In this document: one piece after another, positions 46,653 through 57,476 of the stretch
Layout of the letters: each line of letters opens with the position of its first letter
Numbering within the stretch: position 1 is the first letter of the stretch
From: Neoechinorhynchus agilis
Lineage: Eukaryota; Animalia; Acanthocephala
NCBI GenBank assembly: GCA_051530055.1
Contig: CM121341.1
Span: forward strand, 7,604,784 to 7,668,783
DNA: 64,000 nt
Direction of reading: 5' to 3'
Program-made: the position numbers and the translations under genes
The notes under the pieces: model-generated
What the model was told of the DNA's origin: nothing
The model's input: only the letters and a program-made list of their open reading frames with translations
The model's database searches: none

Positions 46653-47700
46653 ATGATTGAATCGGTCCACATTCGTCCATCGTCAATCATGGAGATCGTT
46701 CAGCTTTACGATCGCCGAGACGCCAATGTGGAATATATCATCGGAACGCTTTATGGTACTTTTCGACATGGTTAATCTTCTCCATGAACGAATTTAGGAA
46801 AGTACACACAAGGAAGGATACTTGTAGTCGATGCGTTCGTAGTCCCTTATCGTATCCACAATAACGGATCCATTCGAATAAACGGCGAGTGGGCACGCCA
46901 CCACGGTACTCAATATCAACAAGCTCAACCAAGATATTCGATCGTTGGATGGTTTTCGACGAAAACGAGCTTCGATCATACCGATAAATCAATTCATGAG
47001 TTCTATAGTGGACTTTTAAAGAATCCAATGGTAGCGGTAAAGATTGATTTTAGTCTAAGAAACAGTCACATTGAGATTTTACCGTACAAGGGGTAATTAC
47101 GTCTTTGAATTGTGAAATATGTGATCTCTCGAATGCAGGATCGATTATGGTATTCCATTGAGTTTAAAGAACAAAGAAGTTCAAGATATATCAGCCGGAA
47201 TGGCATTCGTTCCCCTTGCTCCCATTGAATACACAATGCCTGATGAAGAAAAGCATTTTAGTAAGCATTTTCGATTTGATGAAATGTTTCGTCGTTTGTG
47301 ATTTAGTAAGTGTGTTGGCGAAATCGAGCTCAGTATCGGAACCTATTCTAATTGAAGATAACTATAAATATATAAATCGCACTTTGAAACAGACAGACAA
47401 TCACATTAGCGCCATAGCTACTTATTTGGAAAATGTGAAGGTTGTTAAAATCACAAAAACGTATTCAAATGATGTTGTGTTTAGAAAGGAAAAATGAAAC
47501 ACGATCCGGACATCGGTAGAATGATCCATGAGCTCGCTGCTTCAATTCCCAAATACAGTGAAGACGAACTTAATGTTATTATGGAAGACGAAAAAGCTGA
47601 TCTCATGCTAGGAAGCTATATAACTCAATTGCTACAAATCTATCTACCGATGCATGATGAACTTCTGAACGCTAGCATTAGACATGCTTCTAAGGATTAA
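46653..47700 (+). CDS. EIF3F: Translation initiation factor eIF3 subunit f (MPN domain), 5 exons
   Basis: Splicing 46756-46797, 47093-47138, 47261-47306 and 47441-47484 (42/46/46/44 nt, all GT-AG) gives VHIRPSSIMEIVQLYDRR...IIGTLYG...DAFVVP...IVGWFST...IHEFY...KIDFSL...DIGRMIHEL..SIPK...DLML.SY, collinear with eIF3f. Confidence 0.88.
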
Positions 47701-48149
47701 ATCTACGTTTCGTTTTTAAAGTGGAAAGTGTTCTAAAAACAACTGCTCAACAAAATGCCCACAGTTCTCGACTTGTCGAAAACGAAGCAATGCTGCTAGC
47801 GTGATAGTGAAAGCCGAGGAAGGAGAGAAGCTTGCTCCAAAAACCAAAATTGGTTTGCTAACGGGCCAGCGATCTCAAAGAGCATGAAGCTATTCTCTTT
47901 TTTTTAACCCGAAACAGCCTATACATCTCCTCTTTTTTAGACTGATTTACAATCGCGTTTTTTAGGATCATGAAGCAAAAGTCAGAAATATAGGTGTCCA
48001 AAATGAAAACATTTCTTTTAAAAAGGATAACATACGTTTGAGAAATCAGTCGACAATCTATAATCTGATCATGCCTTTTATTTCAATCATTTGGCGACCT
48101 TAGTAAAAAGCTGAAGGAAAAAATTGAGGTCACATATTCAGCACACGCA

Positions 48150-48510
48150 TTGAATATATCCATTTCCGATACAGAATGGAGTCAAGTGAAGCTATCGATT
48201 CGGCTGAAAGGCATTCTAAGTGTTGCCGAACTCTCCATTCCAGCATTGTTCGCTTCATTGGAAAGTGATACGGAACGAGATACCAGGCCAGCAAGTTTCG
48301 TCACGATTCGATTGGAGAAAATGGCGGAACACAACCTTTCTCCCAAAGGCCAACTCTTCGAGGTTTCCCGATCACGGCTAATAGCGAGCTCGTCGAAGGA
48401 GTCCAGAGCTTGGATGAACGCTGTTCATGCCGATGTGGCTCCAATTGCCTTGTGTGCAAACGGTCGAGATGACTTTGAATACCGTTTTCTATTCTGCTTA
48501 GATTGCAAAT
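48150..48510 (+). mobile_element. Decayed CRE-like non-LTR fragment running into the downstream satellite
   Basis: EWSQVKLSIR...LSIPALFASL, RSRLIASSSKESRAWMNAV and EYRFLFCLDCK*QDGI parallel the elements at 4525-6905. Confidence 0.7.
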
Positions 48511-50545
48511 GACAGGATGGAATCATTTCTTAGGGACGTCGAGTGAGTCGATTCGTTGGCACGAAGCAACCACAGGACTTTCCTCAGAAAGGGGAGTGAT
48601 TCCATCTCCAGCGAAGCCAAAGTCCGATAAATCCTTCACTGGGTTTCTGTTCCGCTCAGATTGTAAGCGACAGGATGGAATCATTTCTTAGGGACGTCGA
48701 GTGAGTCGATTCGATGGCGCGAAGCAACCACAGGACTTTCCTCAGAAAGGGGAGTGATTCCATCTCCAGCGAAGCCAAAGTCCGATAAATCCTTTACTGG
48801 GTTTCTATTCCGCTCAGATTGCAAATGACAGGATGGAATCATTTCTTAGGGACGTCGAGTGAGTCGATTCGTTGGCGCGAAGCAACCACAGGACTTTGCT
48901 CAGAAAGGGGGGTTCCATCTCCAGCGAAGCCAAAGTCTGATAAATCCTTTACTGGGTTTCTATTCCGCTCGGATTCTAAGCGACAGGATGGAATCATTTC
49001 TTAGGGACGTCGGGTGAGTCGATTCTTTGTTGGCGACATTTCAATGCCGAGAAATAGAAAAAGTAGCAAAATAACCACAGGACTTTCCTCAGAGGGAGTG
49101 ATTCCATCTCCGGTGAAGCCAAAGTCCGATAAATCCTTTACTGGGTTTCTATTCCGCTCAGATTATAAGCGACAGGATGGAATCATTTCTTAGGGACGTC
49201 GAGTGAGTCGATTCGATGGCGCGAAGCAACCACAGGACTTTCCTCAGAAAGGGGAGTGATTCCATCTCCGGCGACCAAGTCCGATAAATCCTTTACTGGG
49301 TTTCTATTCCGCTCAGATTTAAGCGACAGGATGGAATCATTTCTTAGGGACGTCGGTGAGTCGATTCGTTGGCGCAAATAACCACAGGACTTTCCTCAGA
49401 GGGGTGATTCCATCTCCGGTGAAGCCAAAGTCTGATAAATCCTTTACTGGGTTTCTATTCCGCTCAGATTATAAGCGACAGGATGGAATCATTTCTTAGG
49501 GACGTCGAGTGAGTCGATTCGATGGCGCGAAGCAACCACAGGACTTTCCTCAGAAAGGGGAGTGATTCCATCTCCAGCGAAGCCAAAGTCCGATAAATCC
49601 TTTACTGGGTTTCTATTCCGCTCAGATTGCAAATGACAGGATGGAATCATTTCTTAGGGACGTCGAGTGAGTCGATTCGTTGGCGCGAAGCAACCACAGG
49701 ACTTTCCTCAGAAAGGGGGGTGATTCCATCTCCAGCGAAGCCAAAGTCTGATAAATCCTTTACTGGGTTTCTATTCCGCTCGGATTCTAAGCGACAGGAT
49801 GGAATCATTTCTTAGGGACGTCGGGTGAGTCGATTCTTTGTTGGCGACATTTCAATGCCGAGAAATAGAAAAAGTAGCAAAATAACCACAGGACTTTCCT
49901 CAGAGGGAGTGATTCCATCTCCGGCGAAGCCAAAGTCCGATAAATCCTTTACTGGGTTTCTATTCCGCTCAGATTGCAAACGACAGGATGAAATCATTTC
50001 TTAGGGGGCGTCGAGTGAGTCGATTCGATGGCGCGAAGCAACCACAGGACTTTGCTCAGAAAGGGGAGTGATTCCGTCTCCGGTGAAGCCAAAGTCTGAT
50101 AAATCCTTTACTGGGTTTCTATTCCGCTCGATTTAAGCGACAGGATGAATCATTTCTTAGGGCGTCGGTGAGTCGATTCGGTTTCCTCAGAGGGGTGATT
50201 CCATCTCCGGGAAGCCAAAGTCGATAAATCCTTTACTGGGTTTCTATTCCGCTCAGATTGCAAATGACAGGATGGAATCATTTCTTAGGGACGTCGAGTG
50301 AGTCGATTCGTTGGCGCGAAGCAACCACAGGACTTTCCTCAGAGGGAGTGATTCCGTCTCCGGTGAAACCAAAGTCTGATAAATCCTTTACTGGGTTTCT
50401 ATTGCGCTCGGATTCTAAGCGACAGGATGGAATCGTTTCTTAGGGACGTCGAGTGAGTCGATTCGTTGTTGGCGACATTTCAATGCCGAGAAATAGAAAA
50501 AGTAGCAAAATAACCACAGGACTTTCCTCAGAGGGAGTGATTCTG
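48495..50545. repeat. Satellite, ~158-bp unit, about 13 copies, derived from REL-endonuclease coding sequence
   Basis: gacaggatg at about 48511, 48669, 48827, 48981 ... 50421; a variant with an insertion recurs at about 49024, 49835 and 50464. The unit translates to GFLFRSDCKRQDGI and FLRDVE*VDSMARSN. Confidence 0.93.
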
Positions 50546-50676
50546 TTAAGCGAGGTAACCTTTAAGTATGAGAAAGATATCGACCTTTTCTGATTGCAAA
50601 TTTTATTGACTCATCCATGACAACGGTTTGTTTTCCGAGAGAGCGAAAACCCTATGAAGAGGACTGTATATTAAGA

Positions 50677-51954
50677 ATGATTTTATTATTTTTACCGTTG
50701 TTGATTGTATTAACAAATGGTGATTTAGGTGAATATTCGTACCTTAAAGACAGACGCAACTTCTATTTTCTTCACCACACAGTTGAGTTTTTTTTCTGGT
50801 TTTAAACTAATAACCCGTTCAAACTAGCTTTCAACTCAAGAATTGCTGAGTTTATGCAACGAGATAATGTCACCTTGTGAACAAAAGTCCACTTTGGTAA
50901 GTTTAGGTGATAAGTAGCACAATATTATGAAAAGCCTCTTTTCCCAACACCCTCATGTTTATTCCAGATTTATTATCGAACGGAAAATGGGTGTTTTATT
51001 TGTTTATTGCTTCAAATTTTCGACGCCTTGCGTCTTCGTCAGGAAGCTTTTCTTCGGTCATTGATGGGTGCAAACATTGCGACTGAAGTTGCTCAGGGTG
51101 ATTTTTGCGAGGCTACTCTGGGATGTCGATCATTCTCACGAGGAATTCTTTTAAAATCATTTTTGGCATCGTCGCGGTTTAAATCGAGTTTTTAGTATAA
51201 AGCAATGGGTAAACACTTTTGTCAAACTGAATTCGGAAAATTCGGATCTGTAATTGAACGTTTACTTTTCTCAATATTACACGTATTTTTAGCTGATAAA
51301 TTACGGAAATTATGGTTTGAATGCAAAACTTGATTTGGTACGTTTTTTATTGTTGACCTTTGAACCCAATCGATCATTTACATTAGAATGAAATAAATAA
51401 AAGAGCACGGGAATGCCGTGTAGTGAGGAAAGATGTTCGATCTTTATTGCGGAATTCCAATCCAACACATATTCAAATGGTTTTTCCGTTTAGAATTAAA
51501 AAAAACGAATTTTCCTTTAGGTTCTTCACCATATAGATTTATTTTGTGCAGTTGAGTACACGACGATAGTTCCTGATCAATTCAGAGATAGAAATCCTCT
51601 TGTTTGTTATGAGACTGCTCAATACATTGCATACACGGACATGTTGGTAAGTCAGAGGACGGTTTAGATTTTTTTTGAACAAAAAATCTGAAGAAAGGAG
51701 AGTTGTTTATTTCACTATGCAGACGATGGTTCCCGTACACTCCAACATTTAATCATTTGCTTGCAACGGTTAGTTTTCCTAACATAAAGATTATAAGCTC
51801 TTTTGCATAGAATAAATTGAGAATAAAGAAAAATAGGACTCAATGCTTCGAGTATGCAGAGATTATGAGATTGCATAATAAACCAGTAAATGGAGACTCT
51901 AATGCCGACTTACTATTTTAGTTCGTAATTTAGATGGCACTTTATTACAATAAT
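50677..51954 (+). CDS. Uncharacterised secreted protein, 6 exons, about 203 aa, 7 Cys
   Basis: Exons 50677-50781, 50828-50896, 51387-51479, 51521-51646, 51694-51768, 51811-51954 are joined by GT-AG introns of 46, 490, 41, 47 and 42 nt, all phase 0, with no internal stop. Signal peptide MILLFLPLLIVLTNG. Confidence 0.72.
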
Positions 51955-52847
51955 TATTGCCATTTATATTATCAATGATTATTTGTTATTAAACATTTTT
52001 TTATTAAAACTTTCCTAAAGAGTTCATACGGAGAAATCTGGGCGCTTAAAATATCTTAAAAGACTTACAAATGAATCGATTTGTCGCTGTACCTTTTTTT
52101 GCAATCAGCGATTTAGGAAAGAGAATTCGGCATTTTAGAGGCTGTGCAGGAAAGATGTTATATTTATTTCAAATTTCGGAACTTGGATATTTAATCGGAG
52201 AATTCATCTGCCCCGAATGCGATCGAGAAAAATTAATTATCCCTTGCAGCTTAAAGATTCGGCGAAAAAAAGGAAGTAAGACGGCAAAAACTCGGGAATA
52301 ACGATGAATTTTTTGGCCGATTAAAGTCTTTTTCATTTGATGCAGAGCTATTGAGTAACACGAACTCACATAATTAAAAACTCACAAGAAATAATTTGAT
52401 GAGGAGAGAGGTTTCCTCTTTCGAAATATTTCATAATAAAAAAAATCATTCAATTTTTACCTTCCCGAAGGATTTAGGACAATTAAACAAATCCTGAAAA
52501 AGCCGTAAGACGGCGAAAACTCGGGAATAAAGACTTTCTTTACACATTTAGAAATAGAAAAGATTTTATGATGATGATGGTAATGTGAACCGATTTGATT
52601 TCGACAGAGTTCAATCTTAACCTTTGTTAAAAACTCTTTTTGTCGGTTCAAATGACAAGGACCGAAAATTTGCCTTCCTATGTTTTTGAAACATTCCATT
52701 TATGATATTTTTAATTTTGGAAGAAGATTTGAGATCGTTCATAAAAAACTAAATGGCTCCGTTCAAAAAGGACATCAAAGAGATCAAATTGATCTTTGAT
52801 CAATAAAGATCGTTAAATAGCGTTCTTCGTGAATTCGACGGTGCTAC

Positions 52848-52957
52848 TTGGCGCCGAAACGCGTAATGCCCAATTGGCGACCAATCATCCGCATTTAATC
52901 GAAACTCGTGATTGCGATTTCGAGACACGTGACAATCGATAATCGGCGAAATCCAAT
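52848..52957 (+). promoter_or_regulatory. Candidate cell-cycle-type promoter for KIF23 (E2F-like site, CCAAT boxes, E-box)
   Basis: TTGGCGCCGAAA 52848-52859; CCAAT at 52870, 52881, 52953; ATTGG 52873; CACGTG 52926. The assignment to KIF23 is inference. Confidence 0.45.
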
Positions 52958-53046
52958 ATCCAGATCAAGAGATCAATCGATGTTTATCATTTGGGAAATA
53001 TTTCAATACCTTCGATCCTGGGGATTATGATCGTTCTTCTGTCCAA

Positions 53047-55290
53047 GATTAAAAACGACTCTCTCGTCCGCTCGGTTCTCGAAACTGGTGACTCGGATAA
53101 CGTTGCCGTTTTCTATCCTAAAGATTTTAATCTCGCTACTTCATTTTTTCATAACTTTTCGGTCTTCATTGAGCGTTCGATCTTTTATTTTTTAGATTAA
53201 AGACGACTCTCTCGTCCGCTCGGTTCTCGAAACTGGTGACTCGGATAACGTTGCCGTTTTCTATCCAAAAGATTTTAATCTCGCTACTTCATTTTATGAT
53301 CATTTTGTGGCCTTCATTGAGCGCTCGATCTCCTTTTTTTGAGATCAAAGATGACTTTCTCGTCCGCTCGGTTCTCGAAACTGGTGACTCGGATAACGTT
53401 GCCGTTTTCTATCTTAAAGATTTTAATCTCGCTACTTCATTTTTTCATAACTTTTCGGCCTTCATTGAGCGTTCGATCTCCTATTTTTGAGATTAAAGAC
53501 GGCTTTCTCGTCCGCTCGGTTCTCGAAACTGGTGACTCGGATAACGTTGCCGTTTTCTATCTTAACGATTTTAATCTCGCTACTTCATTTTTTCATAACT
53601 TTTCGGCCTTCATTGAGCGTTCGATCTCCTATTTTTGAGATTAAAGACGGCTTTCTCGTCCGCTCGGTTCTCGAAACTGATGACTCGGATAACGTTGCCG
53701 TTTAATATCTTAACGATTTTAATCTCGCTACTTCATTTTTTCATAACTTTTCGGCCTTCATTGAGCGTTCGATCTCCTATTTTTGAGATTAAAGACGGCT
53801 TTCTCGTCCGCTCGGTTCTCGAAACTGGTGACTCGGATAACGTTGCCGTTTTCTATCTTAACGATTTTAATCTCGCTACTTCATTTTTTCATAACTTTTC
53901 GGTCTTCATTGAGCGTTCGATCTTTTATTTTTTAGATTAAAGACGACTCTCTCGTCCGCTCGGTTCTCGAAACTGGTGACTCGGATAACGTTGCCGTTTT
54001 CTATCCAAAAGATTTTAATCTCGCTACTTCATTTTTTCATAACTTTTCGGCCTTCATTGAGCGTTCGATCTCCTATTTTTGAGATTAAAGACGACTTTCT
54101 CGTCCGCTCGGTTCTCGAAACTGGTGACTCGGATAACGTTGCCGTTTTCTATCCTAAAGATTTTAATCTCGCTACTTCATTTTTTCATAACTTTTCGGCC
54201 TTCATTGAGCGTTCGATCTCCTATTTTTGAGATTAAAGACGGCTTTCTCGTCCGCTCGGTTCTCAAAACTGGTGACTCGGATAACGTTGCCGTTTAATAT
54301 CTTAACGATTTTAATCTCGCCACTTCATTTTTTCATAACTTTTCGGCTTCTTGAGGTTCGATCTTTACTTGTCCTCGGTTCTCGAAACTGGTGACTCGGA
54401 TAACGTTGCCGTTTTCTATCCAAAAGATTTTAATCTCGCTACTTCATTTTTTCATAACTTTTCGGCCTTCATTGAGCGTTCGATCTCCTATTTTTGAGAT
54501 TAAAGACGACTTTCTCGTCCGCTCGGTTCTCGAAACTGGTGACTCGGATAACGTTGCCGTTTTCTATCCTAAAGATTTTAATCTCGCTACTTCATTTTTT
54601 CATAACTTTTCGGCCTTCATTGAGCGTTCGATCTCCTATTTTTGAGATTAAAGACGGCTTTCTCGTCCGCTCGGTTCTCGAAACTGGTGACTCGGATAAC
54701 GTTGCCGTTTTCTATCCTAAAGATTTTAATCTCGCTACTTCATTTTTTCATAACTTTTCGGCCTTCATTGAGCGTTCGATCTCCTATTTTTGAGATTAAA
54801 GACGGCTTTCTCGTCCGCTCGGTTCTCGAAACTGGTGACTCGGATAACGTCGCCATTTTCTATTTTGGTGCAAAAGACGATTTTAATCTCGCTACTTCAT
54901 TTTTTCATAACTTTTCGGTCTTCATTGAGCGTTCGATCTTTTATTTTTTAGATTAAAGACGACTCTCTCGTCCGCTCGGTTCTCGAAACTGATGACTCGG
55001 ATAACGTTGCCGTTTAATATCTTAACGATTTTAATCTCGCTACTTTATTTTTTCATAACTTTAAGGCATTCATTGAGCGTTCGATCTCCTTTTTTTTGGA
55101 TTAATGATAACTCTCAGGCCCGCTCTTTTCTCGAAACTGATGACTCGAATAACGTTGCCGTTTTCTATCCTAAAGATTTTAATCTCGCTACTTCATTTTT
55201 TCATAACTTTAAGGCATTGATTGAGCGTTCGATCTCTTTTTTTCAGATTAATGATTACTCCCAGACCCGCTCGATTCTCGATCTTTTGTG
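53047..55290. repeat. Satellite, 148-bp unit, about 15 copies, whose last unit overlaps the KIF23 start
   Basis: gattaaagac...ctcgtccgctcggttctcgaaactggtgactcggataacg repeated from 53047; the last two units diverge (gattaATGat...). Confidence 0.95.
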
Positions 55291-57476
55291 GACTAAGGCC
55301 ACTTCCGAATGGAGAGACTCAATCGTGTTGCACGGTTATTTCTCCGGTCTGTGTGGCACTGCATGCGCCCAACGATGTCACAGGAAAGAAGCGGCCGAAA
55401 AAGGAAATCCTTGGTTCATTTCGGAACGTCTATAAACCCGAAGACTCACAGTCTCATCGATTCAAAGACCTTTGTATTCCACTGGTTGTAGGCTTTCTTC
55501 AAGGATCCAGCTCTCTTTTATTTGCTTATGGTGTAAGCGGATCCGGAAAGACGTACACAATGGTCGGCGCTGAAAGCGATCCGGGTATTATCCCAAGATG
55601 CCTTGATGTGATATTTAATAGCATCGGCGATCGATTGAACGAGCCGTACACTATCGTCTTTAACTCACATTCAGGAGAATTCATTCGACTGACAGACGCT
55701 GAACGTATGTTGGAGCGACAAAGGAGAGAGATTTTGCCATCCATCATGAATTCCGCTAAGACTCAGCCATCAACTACAGGTCAAGGTAACAGGATCCGTG
55801 ATCCGAGCCGGTTTTTTTGTGCCGGTGGAATGGAGCAGAGTCGCTTCACCCTAATTGTTTCCTATGTCGAGGTATACAACAAAAACATTCATGATCTTCT
55901 GGACGATTCGGCGTGGAGTCATCGATTGGAAGGACAATTTAAAAAGGCTTTGAGACGAGACACTCAGGGGGATGTGTTTGTAGGTGAATGCACTCACGTC
56001 GAAGTTCGATCTTCCGATGATGCCTACGAAGTGTTTATGAAAGGAAATCAGCGACGAAAACTGTCCGAGACGATGGCCAATAGTGGTTCCACTCGTGGAC
56101 ATGGAGTTTTCACGGTCCACCTCGTCCGGCTCGATGATCCCGCCTATAACCATGCAGATAAAACGACGGTCGCTATCATCAGTAAGCTTTGTCTTGTGGA
56201 TCTTGCAGGATGTGAACGTCAATGCAAAGCCAAAACTACAGGACATCGATTACAAGAAGCTGGACACATAAATACGAGCTTACTTGTTCTTAGAAAATGT
56301 ATTGAAGTCATGCGGACAAATCAGAAGCAATGCGATCAAAAGCTCGTGGTTCCATACAGGGACTCGAAACTCACAATGCTTCTAAAGTACTTCTTCGAAG
56401 GACACGGACGTACTTTTATGCTTCTTTGCATGAATCCGTCCTGTCGCGATTACGAAGAAAATGTTAGAGCTCTACAATTCGCAGAAATCACTCAGGATCT
56501 TGAGAATGTGACTGCTTCGGGCGCAACAATTGCCAAGCATGTAAATATCAAGACAAAAGATGATCCGAAGATCAATGGTGAAATGGCACCTACATCAAGC
56601 GAAGATACATACTCGGTAAGTCAAATGGGAAATTCCATAATCAAACGAATGGACCAGAACCTGAGGGCGTATACAAAAATTATAGATAAACTCCAATTAA
56701 TTGAGTCTGAATGGAAGGCGATGTCTAAGAAAGTGGATGTATTTAGTAGAAGATTGAAAGAAAAGGAGAAAGTGGAAGCTCAACTAGCAACGGAGAATCA
56801 TGTCTTGCTCAATGAGAACAGAAATCTTAAAACTAGAATTGATGAATTGCTTGTTGATTTGGACGTTCATAAGCGAAAACAGGAGTTTGTAAGTCACGAA
56901 GATGTCACTCGAATGTGCAATGCAAATGATACAACAGCAACCACTACTACATACAGAACAGAATACATTGTGACTCCTTGGAACTTAGAAACCATTACAC
57001 ACACTCCAAAATCAATATCTCGAATACGTGGACTACATTACAGGCATCGCAGATCAAGTTCAGGCCATGAAACTTGGATAAATCATAAGCCACGAGACAT
57101 ACAAATAAAAGACCAGATCCTGCAGCCGAGGTTTAATCGACGATCAAAATCATACGATGTTTGTTCATCTCGAATGCTGGACGACCTCACTGGTCCTCAT
57201 GCAGCCAATCGATATGCATTGATACATCAAGAAAAAAGTGGACGAGGAGATTTGAAAACCGAAGTTCTGAAGGCCGACGTGTATCCGACCACTACAGGCG
57301 GTGCTAAAGTAGTCTTCAAGGAAGTAGAAAGTGTTCAAAGCAGCCAAAGTCTGTCGCGAAAGCGTGCTCTTTTCGATTCGGACAAGGAAACGGAGTCCGG
57401 TGATCATGTGTTGAGCACTATCACAAATGACCCGAGGATTACAAAGATTACGAGATATGACCACAATTTCAAATAA
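55251..57476 (+). CDS. KIF23: Kinesin-6, KIF23/MKLP1 (pavarotti) type, 741 aa, intronless
   Basis: LLFAYGVSGSGKTYTM, SYVEVYN..IHDLL, DLAGCER, VPYRDSKLT, coiled coil, C-terminal HRRSSS...WINHKP...YALIHQE...KADVYPT.TGG..V.F.EVE (MKLP1 Arf6-binding tail). Confidence 0.92.
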   Translation: MITPRPARFSIFCGLRPLPNGETQSCCTVISPVCVALHAPNDVTGKKRPKKEILGSFRNVYKPEDSQSHRFKDLCIPLVVGFLQGSSSLLFAYGVSGSGKTYTMVGAESDPGIIPRCLDVIFNSIGDRLNEPYTIVFNSHSGEFIRLTDAERMLERQRREILPSIMNSAKTQPSTTGQGNRIRDPSRFFCAGGMEQSRFTLIVSYVEVYNKNIHDLLDDSAWSHRLEGQFKKALRRDTQGDVFVGECTHVEVRSSDDAYEVFMKGNQRRKLSETMANSGSTRGHGVFTVHLVRLDDPAYNHADKTTVAIISKLCLVDLAGCERQCKAKTTGHRLQEAGHINTSLLVLRKCIEVMRTNQKQCDQKLVVPYRDSKLTMLLKYFFEGHGRTFMLLCMNPSCRDYEENVRALQFAEITQDLENVTASGATIAKHVNIKTKDDPKINGEMAPTSSEDTYSVSQMGNSIIKRMDQNLRAYTKIIDKLQLIESEWKAMSKKVDVFSRRLKEKEKVEAQLATENHVLLNENRNLKTRIDELLVDLDVHKRKQEFVSHEDVTRMCNANDTTATTTTYRTEYIVTPWNLETITHTPKSISRIRGLHYRHRRSSSGHETWINHKPRDIQIKDQILQPRFNRRSKSYDVCSSRMLDDLTGPHAANRYALIHQEKSGRGDLKTEVLKADVYPTTTGGAKVVFKEVESVQSSQSLSRKRALFDSDKETESGDHVLSTITNDPRITKITRYDHNFK

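Noticed and set aside
52838-52866. ggtgc-loop-gcgcc-GAAACGCGT resembling a hammerhead 3' half
   Set aside because: No CUGAnGA upstream; better explained as an E2F-like promoter site.
53236-54956. Many 70-100-aa ORFs in tandem arrays (also 18270-19541, 41917-43128, 45814-46409, 48503-50443)
   Set aside because: Repeated translations of satellite units, mostly with non-ATG starts and no protein-family signal.
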